DNA of 64,000 nt, taken from the NCBI GenBank assembly GCA_018992685.1, contig JACVGT010000031.1:1-64000 (forward strand), in the 5' to 3' direction. Within the stretch, counting starts at the first letter, position 1. Every line of letters begins with the position of its first letter. The DNA is from Theionarchaea archaeon (GTDB lineage Archaea; Methanobacteriota_B; Thermococci; Methanofastidiosales; SZ-28-30). Below the pieces are notes generated by a model. The model ran no database searches. It was given only the letters and a program-made list of their open reading frames with translations, and was not told the DNA's origin. A program made the translations under genes and the position numbers. Positions 9,207-20,090 of the stretch are shown here, one piece after another.

Positions 9207-9356
9207 TGTTCCTCTATGGTGTTAGTTATATATAAACTTTTCGCTGTAAAAACTTAGGAAAGTCGAATTCCCAATAATCCGCACGTGTTGTGTGGGCAGC
9301 AGATCTATCTTTCTGCAGTCCACAAGGCTTTTTAAGGTCACCTCAGAGGTGGGTTC

Positions 9357-10553
9357 ATGAATCATAAGTCGGTCCTGGTATTCACATCACTCGCTCACTC
9401 ACTTGATCATTCGTATGTGATCGTGTTTTCCATATTAATGCCATTGATAATGGCGGAATTTGACATGAGTTTCGCGGAAATCGGGGTCATTGCTTCTGTC
9501 CTTGGGTTTCTGTTCGGACTCAATGCCATTCCTGCGGGATTTCTTTCAGATCGAATTGGTTCGAGGAAGGTGGCGGCTCTGTCCATGGTACTGTGTGCTG
9601 CAGCTGCAGTCCTGGTAGGGCTTGCCTGGAATAAGACTGTTCTTGCTCTGTTCTTTGTGGTTATGGGTGTTGGCGCGGGACTGTATCACCCTTCGGGGAT
9701 ATCACTGGTTTCTAAAGCATTTGAGACACACCGCTCCAAAGCCATGGGTATCCATGGAATCGGAGGAAATATCGGACAGGCCATAACCCCAATCCTTACA
9801 GGATTTCTGGCCTCTCCAGAGATGGTGGCTGTCCTGGGTATTTCTCTGGTTGGTCTGGGGATAGGATGGAGGACCACCTACATGTTGTGGGCTATCCCGG
9901 GGGTTCTGGTGGCTGCAAGTATTATCTTCTTTGTGAAGTTTAAGGAAGAACCTGTCCGGAAGGATTCCATTGGCAACATGTTGAAAGATATGGCAAAGAT
10001 ACCCTTTGAAAACAGGAATATTGGTGTACTCCTGGTGCTGACATCATTTCAGGGATTATATTTTAATGGGTTGATGTACTTTTTGCCCACGATAATAAAC
10101 GAGGTCAAGTTTGCCCCCCTGATTGTGGCAGCATCCTTGATTACATTGAAAGAGGCCACAGGTATCTTGGGACAGGCAGCAGGGGGATGGGCAGGAGACA
10201 AGTACAACAAGAGACCCCTCCTTATTGTGTTTAATATGGTTTCAGCAGGTGCTTTGCTGTGGTTCTTTTTCGCTAGGAGTCCACTGCTCCTTGCGGGCTC
10301 TATTGCCCTTCTGGGGATTTCTGTGTATGCATTCCAGCCAGTCCAGAATTCATTGATTGCAGAGAGTATACCGATGGAGTTGAGAGGGAGGGCTTATGGG
10401 TTGAGCTTCTTTACCAGTTATGGTATTGGTGGGCTGGCTCCTTTGTTCTCGGGTGCTGTTGCAGAAAGCTTTTCTCTGTCTGCTGTGATCCCCTTGATGA
10501 TCGTATTTGCAGTCCTCGCTACGGTGGTGGCTACCCAGATTCGGAAATCGTGA
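9357..10553 (+). CDS. MFS transporter
   Basis: Motif A GFLSDRIGSRK and GWAGDKYNKR; ~12 hydrophobic segments. Confidence 0.93.
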   Translation: MNHKSVLVFTSLAHSLDHSYVIVFSILMPLIMAEFDMSFAEIGVIASVLGFLFGLNAIPAGFLSDRIGSRKVAALSMVLCAAAAVLVGLAWNKTVLALFFVVMGVGAGLYHPSGISLVSKAFETHRSKAMGIHGIGGNIGQAITPILTGFLASPEMVAVLGISLVGLGIGWRTTYMLWAIPGVLVAASIIFFVKFKEEPVRKDSIGNMLKDMAKIPFENRNIGVLLVLTSFQGLYFNGLMYFLPTIINEVKFAPLIVAASLITLKEATGILGQAAGGWAGDKYNKRPLLIVFNMVSAGALLWFFFARSPLLLAGSIALLGISVYAFQPVQNSLIAESIPMELRGRAYGLSFFTSYGIGGLAPLFSGAVAESFSLSAVIPLMIVFAVLATVVATQIRKS

Positions 10554-10649
10554 TAGGGACTCTTGCATTCTCGGGACTCAGGTACTGGAGATGATGAATC
10601 CTCATCTGATTTTCTGGATATGGTCTCTGACGATTGTCTGAGCACTTCA

Positions 10650-11090
10650 TCATTTCCCTGCATGCTTTTGCAGCTCTGAAAAGGCTATCTCGCACGCTTT
10701 CTCAAACCATTGTCTTGCCTCTTCCCATTCAGGTGTGTTTTTCCATCCTGTGTGTATCAAGTGAACCTCAGTTCCCTTTTCACAGGGAATAAAGGACACC
10801 ATAACATGAGTGAGAGGTATTACCTCGTTCATAAACTGGTGTTGAGGAGGCCCTTTCCACTCGAATGATATTAGTTTCCCTGGGTTCAATGCTAGCACTT
10901 TACACCCTATCGTACTGTTGTGTTCTCTGTCCTCTGGGACCCAGAACAGTTCATATTTTCCGCCCACTCTTGGTTCTACGTCTGCCACATTTGTGAGCCA
11001 CTTCTCTAGGTGCTCATTTTCTGTGAACATTTTGAATGCGTTCTCGGGAGTATCTCCCAGTTCCACTGACTGATATATTATCTTATCCAT
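10650..11090 (-). CDS. SRPBCC/AHSA1-like domain protein
   Basis: W......EPRVGGKY.L.W, ISFEW and GTEVHLIHTGW; start set at MDKII after a GGAGG SD. Confidence 0.88.
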   Translation of the reverse strand: MDKIIYQSVELGDTPENAFKMFTENEHLEKWLTNVADVEPRVGGKYELFWVPEDREHNSTIGCKVLALNPGKLISFEWKGPPQHQFMNEVIPLTHVMVSFIPCEKGTEVHLIHTGWKNTPEWEEARQWFEKACEIAFSELQKHAGK

Positions 11091-11597
11091 AATGTTCCCT
11101 CCACTCCTGCATGGATAGGGGCTATATAACGTTTGCGGAAGGAAATTCAACAGAACTTTCAAGGGTTTTTATTCTATTTCAATTTTCAATCATTTCTTTA
11201 CAAAAGGTGACTTCCTATTCGTTTCACACATCATGAAAACCCCTCCAGGAGTTTAGAACCCTCTCAATACAAAATATAGATTTCTCCATAAAGGATCAAA
11301 CCGAATAACAGGAAGTCTGCCTTTCTGCATGGCCCATTCATTGGGAATACCAATCTCAGGAGGATATCTGTATTCAATGCAGGAACTACGCACGAAAATC
11401 ACGATCTTGGCTGTAAAAAGGTGGAAGAAAATGGGGCATAGAAGCAAAAACACGGATACACCAGATGAAGGGGAGACTTCCATCCATCCAATGGATCCTT
11501 TCTAATTGTGTTCACTGCTTTGTAGTTATCTAATCACTCGCCAGTTATGATGGTCTGCCTAGTTTCAGCAAAGGATGAGGAGTAGCCGAAAGAGATT

Positions 11598-12185
11598 CTA
11601 GGGGTTCTTTTTCATTTCATAGAGTAGCCACACAGTGCCTCCTATTGCCAAAGGTATTCCGAATATGATTATAACCCAACCTAATACTTTGACACAAGAG
11701 TACACAAGATAGTCAAATGTCCAAGCTGCAAAAGGGACATTCCAGTTTCCATCAAGGTAGATCTTGATGATGAACGCAATAAAGATCAAAAACGATATTC
11801 CTCCTCCTTCGTTTCTGCTGCGTGAGCGAGTACCGGAGAAAAGATGTTCGCGCTTATATTCCTCCTTCTCCTCATGAGGGAATCTTTCCCACCATAGCCG
11901 CCAAACTGCTAGTGCCACTACCAGTACCGGGACTCCGATGAAGAGAACTTCCCAGAAAATCACGCGTAATACAAACGCTACGAGATGTCCCATAGTCCAA
12001 AGGTCTAAAGTCGCTGGCACCAGACCAGTCACCTGAGCTTTTTCCACGAACCACAAATAGACAAGAATTGCACCTATAAATGCCAGAATAACTCCTACGA
12101 CAAGGAAGACAATCGCTTTCCAATGCTTTTTCAAGAACTTCTTCCAGATCTTCTCACTATTGTCTGACCCAGTTTCTATTGTCAT
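11598..12185 (-). CDS. Hypothetical membrane protein (about 4 TM)
   Basis: Four hydrophobic segments in a 195-aa ORF. Confidence 0.75.
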   Translation of the reverse strand: MTIETGSDNSEKIWKKFLKKHWKAIVFLVVGVILAFIGAILVYLWFVEKAQVTGLVPATLDLWTMGHLVAFVLRVIFWEVLFIGVPVLVVALAVWRLWWERFPHEEKEEYKREHLFSGTRSRSRNEGGGISFLIFIAFIIKIYLDGNWNVPFAAWTFDYLVYSCVKVLGWVIIIFGIPLAIGGTVWLLYEMKKNP

Positions 12186-12527
12186 ACATTTCTTCTTCCT
12201 TCTTTCTATAAAAGTCTTTCGGGTATTACATTATTTTTTGTACTGCATCGACAATACAGATAGAGATAAGAAGAGAGATAGACAAGGAGAGGGATAGATC
12301 CGTAGAGACGTGACAGGAACCTCAGCATACCTGGTGAGCGATTCTGGACTACCCCAAGAGAGCTCATCCTGGATAGAGAAGTTCTTGGTCATGGGGTCCC
12401 TTCCAACACTCATCAAGTAACGCTTATATAGGAAGTCGTACAGTAAGCCATGAGGAATGATCATGAGTAGCCAAATGATGTGGATACATGACAGACAGGA
12501 AGCAGCAGGCAATCAGGTGGTGTAGCT

Positions 12528-13457
12528 GTGTCTCCATTTCTGATTCTCGGGCTGCTGATTCTTCTAGTAGGGGTTGCGTATGGTGGAGTGTGTTTTCTCT
12601 TTTCCAGTCTCATCCTATACTCGCATCGTCAACCAATTGTTACCACACCACATGCATATGGAATGGACTACGAAGATGTTGCATTCAAGAGTACGGATGG
12701 TCTCACTTTGAAAGGATGGTTCATACCAGGAGAGTCTGGCAAAGCTATCATCATAACCCACCCGTTCCCCTTTAATCGCCATGGGTTTTTGACGAAAAAC
12801 CAAGGGGTTTTAACCCGATTTAAGACAGATGTTGATCTTTTGAAGACCGCCAAGGCGATGCATCAGGCGGGTTTCTCTGTTCTGATGTTTGATTTCAGAA
12901 ATCACGGCGAAAGTGACAAGGGAATAACTGGAGTGGGATTGAATGAATACCAGGATGTAGTGGGTGCAGTTACATATGTTACAGGCAGACAGGACGTATC
13001 ACCCAACATTGGATTTGTCAGCTTTTGCATGGGAGCCGATTCCACCATCATTGCACTGAGTAAAGAAAAGGAGCAGTTGAAAAATGTAAAGTGCCTTGTC
13101 GCTGTACAGCCAATATCAGTGGCTGTATTTGTACGGAACTACATCAGGAGCGTGTTTACTCCCCTTGGGCTGATCCTGATCCCCATGGTTGACAGACTGT
13201 GTCAGTGGCGTGGTGGTTATGCTTTTGAGAAGATGTCCCCCCTGCCGTACTGCAAAGATATCTTTGCTCCCACCCTGTACATTCAGGCCAGGACAGATCC
13301 CTGGACTGAATTATCAGACATACAGGGGTTCTATGAAGCTACTCCAGAACCCAAAGAATTCTGGATGATAGAAGGTGCCATGAAAAGATTTGACACGTAC
13401 AATTACGTGGGCGAACACCCGGAGAAGATACTTGATTTTATCAGCCGCTACCTGTAG
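12528..13457 (+). CDS. Membrane-anchored alpha/beta hydrolase with atypical catalytic residues
   Basis: DGL.LKGWFIP and FDFRNHGES motifs; nucleophile elbow reads SFCMG. Confidence 0.88.
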   Translation: MSPFLILGLLILLVGVAYGGVCFLFSSLILYSHRQPIVTTPHAYGMDYEDVAFKSTDGLTLKGWFIPGESGKAIIITHPFPFNRHGFLTKNQGVLTRFKTDVDLLKTAKAMHQAGFSVLMFDFRNHGESDKGITGVGLNEYQDVVGAVTYVTGRQDVSPNIGFVSFCMGADSTIIALSKEKEQLKNVKCLVAVQPISVAVFVRNYIRSVFTPLGLILIPMVDRLCQWRGGYAFEKMSPLPYCKDIFAPTLYIQARTDPWTELSDIQGFYEATPEPKEFWMIEGAMKRFDTYNYVGEHPEKILDFISRYL

Positions 13458-13886
13458 TATCTGGAGGGGAGGCAGAAGTGTGTATGCTTCAATTCACCTG
13501 AGCTAGTCCAGTCTTTGACGATTCTCATAATACCGGGTATACTCAAGAATGTCTCAGAGAAAAGTGGGGAAAATATCATCTCCTCCTGAAAGGAGATGAG
13601 TGAGAATTTGACCCAGAAGATGAGATGAAAGGAGCCATCATCAGAAGAACCATTATACCAGAGCAACATAATCGAAAGTTCATGCAGTACTTACCGAGAA
13701 ATACTGCAGTGAAGCCAAGAAACCGGGGAGGCCTGTTGCTGAAACCAGGATTTGACCCTTCTTTTCGTCCTGTGCTCTCAAGACGGGAGACTACTGAATG
13801 TCAAAAGTCAACCCCAGAGCACTTTCTCGTGCCTTTACATATGTTAATACCTATAACCTTTTAAATGGAATGTGAAACTGAATATC

Positions 13887-15056
13887 ATGACAGAGGTTGT
13901 TATTGTATCAGGCGTGAGGACTCCTATTGGACGCTTTCGGGGTGGATTAAGCACCCTTTCTGCATGTCAGCTGGGCTCTATTGCTTTGAAAGAAGCTCTA
14001 AGAAGGGCAAGTATAGACACCGTTGACGAAGTGATTATGGGAAACGTAGTATCTGCTGGACTGGGACAGAACCCTGCCAGGCAGGCAGCCATCGGGGCAG
14101 GAATTCCAGTAGATGTCAGTTCATTTACTGTAAATAAGGTGTGTGGATCAGGGTTGAAGGCCGTGATGCTGGCAGCCCAGGCGATTAGGGCAGGGGATGC
14201 TGACATTATTGCAGCAGGCGGAATGGAGAGCATGACAAGGGCCCCATACATGCTTTTCAGTGCACGAGATGGCTATCGTCTGGGAGACGGGAAACTAGTT
14301 GACAGCATGGTCCATGATGGTCTCTGGGACATATATAACGATTTTCACATGGGAATAACAGGAGAGATTATTGCAGAGAAATTTGGCATAACAAGAGAAG
14401 ATGCGGATAAATTATCCGCTGAAAGCCACCAGAAATCCATAAAGGCCCAGGAAGAAGGCAAATTCAAAGATGAAATTGTTCCCGTTACCTATGAGACCAA
14501 GAAAGGCACAGTGACTGTGGATACTGATGAAGGCCCCAGGAAAGATAGCTCTCTTGAAGCTCTCGCCAGGTTAAGACCCGTGTTCAAGACGGATGGCGTA
14601 GTGACAGCGGGGAATGCATCTCAGATCAGTGACGGAGCATCAGCCGTTGTGGTCATGTCAGAAGAGAAGGCCAAAGAACTGGGATTGGACCCCCTGGCGC
14701 GAATTGTGGATTCCTGTGCTGCAGGATTGGTCCCAGAACTGGTGATGGAAGCTCCCATTCCTTGTATACGGAAGCTGTTCCAGAAGACCGGGACATCCAT
14801 GAAAGACATCGACCTCTTCGAGCATAATGAAGCCTTTGCCACTGCTTCCTGTGCTGTGATAAAGGAATTGCAGGTCCCACATGACATTTTCAACGTGCAT
14901 GGAGGGGCAGTAGCTCTGGGCCACCCCATCGGGTGCAGCGGTACAAGGATTCTGGTAACCCTGATGTACGCCATGAAGGACAGGGGCGCACGCAGAGGCA
15001 TTGCCACCTTGTGTCTTGGAGGAGGAAATGCTGTCGGCATGATGATCGAAACTTAG
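13887..15056 (+). CDS. Acetyl-CoA acetyltransferase (thiolase)
   Basis: NKVCGSG, NEAFA, GGAVALGHPIG and CLGGG motifs. Confidence 0.96.
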   Translation: MTEVVIVSGVRTPIGRFRGGLSTLSACQLGSIALKEALRRASIDTVDEVIMGNVVSAGLGQNPARQAAIGAGIPVDVSSFTVNKVCGSGLKAVMLAAQAIRAGDADIIAAGGMESMTRAPYMLFSARDGYRLGDGKLVDSMVHDGLWDIYNDFHMGITGEIIAEKFGITREDADKLSAESHQKSIKAQEEGKFKDEIVPVTYETKKGTVTVDTDEGPRKDSSLEALARLRPVFKTDGVVTAGNASQISDGASAVVVMSEEKAKELGLDPLARIVDSCAAGLVPELVMEAPIPCIRKLFQKTGTSMKDIDLFEHNEAFATASCAVIKELQVPHDIFNVHGGAVALGHPIGCSGTRILVTLMYAMKDRGARRGIATLCLGGGNAVGMMIET

Positions 15057-15060
15057 TCCC

Positions 15061-15067
15061 TTTTTTT
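15061..15067 (+). terminator. Archaeal poly-T terminator after thiolase
   Basis: T7 run 4 nt after the stop codon. Confidence 0.5.
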
Positions 15068-15479
15068 CTCATTTTCTATGTTTCAAGTTATTCTGAACTG
15101 CATAATTGACCATGGTTGACACGGAAGAAACTTCCTCGAGTCACTGCTTCCTGGTTGGCCACAGGGCCAAAGCGAGGGTTCCCGGATTCTTCACGTGTCA
15201 TTCTTGATCTCTGGTTCTCTATCTGGATTTCTGCCCTCTAAGGAAGACTTTTCGCTTCCTCATGTCTTCCTGTGCCCCAGTCTCAGGTGTTATCCCCCCT
15301 TCACTCATTGAAGAGGAATAACAGGCATGAGTGGCCCTATGCTATCGCCGGGATCAACGCAGGCTTGAACTCTTGTCAGCGTCTTGAAAAGATCCTTGAG
15401 CTTCATAGGGCTGACCCATGAGTGCCATGAAAAGTATTTAAGGAAGGAATAATCACCATGGTAATAGAAAGGGATAATA

Positions 15480-16202
15480 ATGACTGCTATTGAAGTAGTA
15501 GACTTGGTAAAGAATTACGCGAACATTGAAGCACTGCGAGGAATATCATTCATGGTCAATAAAGGCGAGATATTTGGCCTTATCGGACCCAATGGGGCAG
15601 GGAAAACCACAACCCTGAGAATTGTAGCTACCCTCTTAGAGATCTCATCTGGCATTGTGAGAGTGTTTGGGAACGATGTGAAGAAGGACCCCGAACGGGT
15701 GAGGGAAAAAATCAGCTACCTTCCAGAAGAAGCAGGAGCTTATAAGAACCTGTCTGGAATCGAATACCTAAATTTTATGGCTCAATTCTACACGAATGGG
15801 AGAGACATTGAAGAAATGGTAGCGACTGGGACTTCTATTTCCGGTCTCGAGGACAGGATCAATGATAAGGTCAGCACCTACAGCAAGGGGATGACCCGGA
15901 AATTACTGGTGGCCAGGTCATTGATGATGAATCCCCCTCTGGCCATTCTTGATGAACCCACTAGCGGGCTTGATGTTATTAACTCCCAGGAAGTGCGGGG
16001 CCTCATCAAGGATCATGCCAGGAAAGGATGTACGGTATTGCTATCCTCTCATAACATGCTGGAAATAGAATTTCTCTCCAGCAGAGTGGCCCTCATTGGT
16101 GAAGGCAGAATACTGGATTCAGGAACTCCTGGTGAGCTCAAGAACCGGTATAGTGCTCAGAATCTGGAGGAAGTATTCCTGGAGGCGGTCTCCCATGAGT
16201 AA
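15480..16202 (+). CDS. ABC transporter ATP-binding protein (NatA-like)
   Basis: GPNGAGKT, YSKGM signature, ILDEPT and H-loop SSH. Confidence 0.95.
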   Translation: MTAIEVVDLVKNYANIEALRGISFMVNKGEIFGLIGPNGAGKTTTLRIVATLLEISSGIVRVFGNDVKKDPERVREKISYLPEEAGAYKNLSGIEYLNFMAQFYTNGRDIEEMVATGTSISGLEDRINDKVSTYSKGMTRKLLVARSLMMNPPLAILDEPTSGLDVINSQEVRGLIKDHARKGCTVLLSSHNMLEIEFLSSRVALIGEGRILDSGTPGELKNRYSAQNLEEVFLEAVSHE

Positions 16203-17484
16203 ATTCACAGCGATCCTGATTAAAGAGATGAAAGACTTGCTGAGAGATCCCAAAATCGTCGTGGGGATGATCGTGGTACCCCTGGTGCTGTTTCCAGCCA
16301 TGGGAGCCATGTTCCGCACAGGGATGAAATCAGTAGAAAGTGAAATCCAGATTGGCGTCATGAACCAGGACACCGGCCACTTTTCACAGGAGTTGATCAG
16401 GATACTGGAAGACAATCCGGGTGTCAAGCTGTACCAGCCGCAATCGTCTTCACTGGAGGGAGCAATTCAGGAGGCCCAGACCAACGATGTCAAGGTGCTT
16501 CTGGTGATACCACCAGGGTTTTCTGCTGATGTTGAGGACACCACAGGGGCAGAAATTGACATGTATGCTGTAGTTGAAGGGCTGGGAATGAGTGAAGTTA
16601 TCTCCTCATCTCGAGTGGACATGATTATCCAGGGGATCAACACACAGCTCTCAAGGACCATTATTTCAGAGAAGGTGCCAGATACAGATCCAGGTAATAT
16701 TCTTCAGCCCATAACTACCAGAGGATATACTGTAGTACGAGGAAAGACAGTGAACGTTCCACCTGCAGTTATTGCTGGTCTCGTTTCTTCTCAGTCTTTC
16801 ATTGTGCCTGTGGTGCTCATGGTGATGATAATGTTTGTAGCCCAGATGGCAGCAACCTCCATGGCCACAGAAAAAGAGAACAAGACCCTGGAGACGTTGT
16901 TGACCCTGCCGGTGAGCCGTCTCTCTATCCTGGCAGGCAAAATGGGAGGAACCGCGGTGGTTTCTCTTATTTCTGCTGTGGCATACATCATCGGGTTCAG
17001 CACCTACATGTCTGCCTTTCAATTCGGAGAGGTGGAAAGTGCCCTGTCCCTGAAAGATGTTGGGTTAGCCATAACTCCCGTGGGATTCTTGATGCTTGGG
17101 ATCAGCATATTCATGGCCGTTCTGGCAGCGCTGTCACTGTCCATGGTTCTGGCGGTGTTTACTCAGGATGTACGAAGCGCTCAGAGCCTGGTGTCTTTCA
17201 CCATCATGCCGCTGGTGTTTCCTTCCATGATCTTCATATTCGCCGACATGAATTCGCTACCAGTGGCATTGAGATATGTGCTGCTTGCACTGCCCTTTTC
17301 TCATCCCACCATTGCTGCCAGTGCTCTAGCCCTGAAGAATTATGCCATTGTTCTTGGCGGGATTGTCTACCTGGGTGTCTTCACCCTGGTGGTACTGCTC
17401 ATAGCTGCTCACATGTTCAACACGGAGAGAGTTGTCACAGCAAAGATTACACTCGGGCGTAAGAAGAGCAAGAGCAAAGGATGA
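16195..17484 (+). CDS. ABC-2 permease (NatB-like)
   Basis: KE.KDLLRD N-terminus, EKE.KTLETLL.LP motif and six TM segments; start MSKF overlaps the ATPase stop. Confidence 0.92.
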   Translation: MSKFTAILIKEMKDLLRDPKIVVGMIVVPLVLFPAMGAMFRTGMKSVESEIQIGVMNQDTGHFSQELIRILEDNPGVKLYQPQSSSLEGAIQEAQTNDVKVLLVIPPGFSADVEDTTGAEIDMYAVVEGLGMSEVISSSRVDMIIQGINTQLSRTIISEKVPDTDPGNILQPITTRGYTVVRGKTVNVPPAVIAGLVSSQSFIVPVVLMVMIMFVAQMAATSMATEKENKTLETLLTLPVSRLSILAGKMGGTAVVSLISAVAYIIGFSTYMSAFQFGEVESALSLKDVGLAITPVGFLMLGISIFMAVLAALSLSMVLAVFTQDVRSAQSLVSFTIMPLVFPSMIFIFADMNSLPVALRYVLLALPFSHPTIAASALALKNYAIVLGGIVYLGVFTLVVLLIAAHMFNTERVVTAKITLGRKKSKSKG

Positions 17485-17568
17485 ATGGCTGGTCTTTTTC
17501 CATCCAATTTTTCCTTCTTCTCCTTTTTTCCTTTCAGTGCCTTTCTTCAATGAGAAGGAGTGGTCCAT

Positions 17569-18336
17569 TCACCAGGAATTCAAAGCTTCTATTATCTTTC
17601 TGTGCAGCACAGGATCAGCACACACCACACATTCTCCTCTGAAGTGTCCACGTTCATCGAAGAACCCATTTGCGAATAGGTGCTTCCCATGCTCATTAGT
17701 AAGTATTACGCCCCCTGCCCTGGCAATTATGGCTGCTGCTGCAATATCAACAATCCGGGCTTTTTTCCGCAGATCTACCACAGCCTGCAATGTTCCTTCC
17801 ACCACGTATGAGATTTCCAGAGCCAGAGACCCAAGGCATCTCCATGCTTCAACCAGAGGAAGTACCTTCTCAAATTGTGTTCCAATGTACATTGAAGCAA
17901 TGGATTCGGAGCGGCTCTGAGTGATGATCTTGCCATTTTTCAAAGGGGTACTGCCTGCAAAAGCTTCGTATATCTCGTGGGTGCACAAGTTCTTCACCAG
18001 GCCGTACTGCACGGTTCCAGACAGAGCTACAGATACCGAATAGAACGGTATCCCCGTGAGTGCATTCATGGTTCCATCCAGTGGGTCCAGAATAATGACC
18101 ACATCTCCTTCCCCCCGTATTCCAGATTCTTCTGTGATGAGGGTATACTCCAGGGATCCCCTCTCGAGATACTCAATGGCTGCATCCTCAGCTATTCTGT
18201 CAATCCTTCGGGTGAGCCCCCCTCCCGCACTCTCTCCTGCCGGTTCCTGTGCTTCCCGAGTTCCCAGGAGAGGGGCGATTGCCTTTTCGATGAGGGTGGC
18301 AATATCCCGTGCAATCCCAGAATAATCATATTCCAT
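17569..18336 (-). CDS. suhB: Inositol monophosphatase / FBPase family
   Basis: TEE, DPLDGT, R.LGS.AL and DIAA motifs. Confidence 0.88.
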   Translation of the reverse strand: MEYDYSGIARDIATLIEKAIAPLLGTREAQEPAGESAGGGLTRRIDRIAEDAAIEYLERGSLEYTLITEESGIRGEGDVVIILDPLDGTMNALTGIPFYSVSVALSGTVQYGLVKNLCTHEIYEAFAGSTPLKNGKIITQSRSESIASMYIGTQFEKVLPLVEAWRCLGSLALEISYVVEGTLQAVVDLRKKARIVDIAAAAIIARAGGVILTNEHGKHLFANGFFDERGHFRGECVVCADPVLHRKIIEALNSW

Positions 18337-18405
18337 GGAGGTTGTTGATCTTCAACCCATATATACATTAACATTTGATGAAAGAGGAAAGAGGGATGCC
18401 ACAGA

Positions 18406-19263
18406 TCATTTCTGATCCAGATTCCGTATTCTCGTCCAGATGGTCTTGAGGATTTCCGCAAATTCACTGTCCAGTTCAGTCAAGGTCAATCCTTTGTCCA
18501 TGGCCTGTGGTATCCTGGTATCGTAAGGTAGCCTGCCCACAATTGGGATTCTCTTCTGGTGACACCAGGTTTCAATTTCCTGCGCTAGTTCTGTACACAG
18601 GTCACACTTGTTAATGAGGACACAACAGGCAATTGAAAAATGCTTGAGGACCCCATAGATTCTCTCAAGATCATACATTCCGGATCGAGTGGGTTCACTG
18701 ACAAGCACCGCCAGAGAGGTCCCCACAAGAGATGCAATGACAGGGCACCCGATCCCGGGAGAACCATCCACCAATATGAGGTCTTTCCCAGCCTCCTCAG
18801 CAACAGAAAAAGCCACCTCTCGAACCCTGGTTACCAGTTTGCCAGAGGCCTCCTCCCCTGTGAAGAGTTCAGCATGCACCAGAGGCCCGAATCGAGTGGT
18901 GGATACAAAGACCTCCCCAGTCATTCTCTCTTCCAGAGTGAGAGCGTTGACAGGGCACACCAGCGTGCAGGCTCCACACCCTTCACATTTCTCCTTGATA
19001 ACTGCCATTGACCCGTCTATACTGTTAAACCTGCAGACTTTCTGACATTCTCCACAGAATGTGCACAATTCCTCATGTTTTACGGCTAGTTTTGAACCAA
19101 TGAATGATTCTTTCCTTTCCACGGTAGGATCCAGCAAGAGGGGCAAATCAGAGGCGTCTACATCACAGTCTGCGAGCGCGGCATTACACAGGCTGGCAAA
19201 GGCAACTGTAAGTGTCGTCTTTCCTGTTCCCCCTTTCCCGGATATGACTGTTATCTCCTTCAT
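18406..19263 (-). CDS. MinD/CobQ-like P-loop ATPase with inserted 2x[4Fe-4S] ferredoxin
   Basis: SGKGGTGKT, DCDVD, two CxxCxxCxxxC motifs and PGIGCP. Confidence 0.92.
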   Translation of the reverse strand: MKEITVISGKGGTGKTTLTVAFASLCNAALADCDVDASDLPLLLDPTVERKESFIGSKLAVKHEELCTFCGECQKVCRFNSIDGSMAVIKEKCEGCGACTLVCPVNALTLEERMTGEVFVSTTRFGPLVHAELFTGEEASGKLVTRVREVAFSVAEEAGKDLILVDGSPGIGCPVIASLVGTSLAVLVSEPTRSGMYDLERIYGVLKHFSIACCVLINKCDLCTELAQEIETWCHQKRIPIVGRLPYDTRIPQAMDKGLTLTELDSEFAEILKTIWTRIRNLDQK

Positions 19264-20090
19264 ATAGCATCACCGATTTTCTGGTAGAGAGTCTGAAACT
19301 CCCTTTTCCAGGACGGTATTTCCTTGATGAAGGGTATGCCCTGAGCACACAGTTCTGCTATGGCTCTTTCATGGGGGATTTTCATGAGGACGGGGACGTG
19401 TTCCCGTGAACAGTATTCCTCAATAGGGGCACACCCCATGCCCCACTTGTTGATAAGCACACCACAGGGAACATCCAGTACCCGTGTCAGGGTCACTGCC
19501 ATCTTGAGATCATGCAGTCCAAAGGGAGTAGGCTCTGTCACCAGGAGGCAGAAATCACAGTCAGACACTGTTTCTATGACAGGACATCCGGTTCCAGGAG
19601 GAGCATCCAGGATTACTTTTCTGGAGGTGTCAATAATCTCGGTTACGGCCCGTATCACAGGTGTCGCCAGGGGTTCTCCTACGTTGAGGACACCTCTGAC
19701 AAACTCCATGGAGGCAAAGGACCCCCGCTCTAGAGTTCCAATAGCCCTTTTCCGCTCTGAGATAGCATCTTTGGGGCAGACGAGAGTGCAGCCGCCACAT
19801 CCGTGACAGAGCTGAGAAAACACTGCGCTCTTCTGAGGAAAGATAGCCAGAGCATTGAACTGGCAAAAGTCAGCGCACGCCCCACACAAAGTGCACTTCT
19901 CTATGGCTATATACGGTACAGGAATTGTCACATCTCCCACGTGTTCAAGAGGGAGTCGCAGGTATACGTTGCAGTCAGGTTCCTCCACATCGCAGTCTAC
20001 GAGCTGTACGTTCTCCAGGGACAGGGCCAGATTCACAGACACAGTGGTTTTTCCCGTTCCTCCCTTCCCGGATGCCACGGCGATCTTCAT
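19260..20090 (-). CDS. MinD/CobQ-like P-loop ATPase with inserted ferredoxin (paralog)
   Basis: SGKGGTGKT, DCDVEEP, two CxxCxxCxxxC motifs, PPGTGCP and EPTPFGLHDL. Confidence 0.92.
   Translation of the reverse strand: MKIAVASGKGGTGKTTVSVNLALSLENVQLVDCDVEEPDCNVYLRLPLEHVGDVTIPVPYIAIEKCTLCGACADFCQFNALAIFPQKSAVFSQLCHGCGGCTLVCPKDAISERKRAIGTLERGSFASMEFVRGVLNVGEPLATPVIRAVTEIIDTSRKVILDAPPGTGCPVIETVSDCDFCLLVTEPTPFGLHDLKMAVTLTRVLDVPCGVLINKWGMGCAPIEEYCSREHVPVLMKIPHERAIAELCAQGIPFIKEIPSWKREFQTLYQKIGDAI

Noticed and set aside
10587-10657. ATGATGA...CTGA boxes suggesting a C/D sRNA
   Set aside because: Guide spacing is irregular and there is no clear C' box; more simply an inverted repeat between convergent genes
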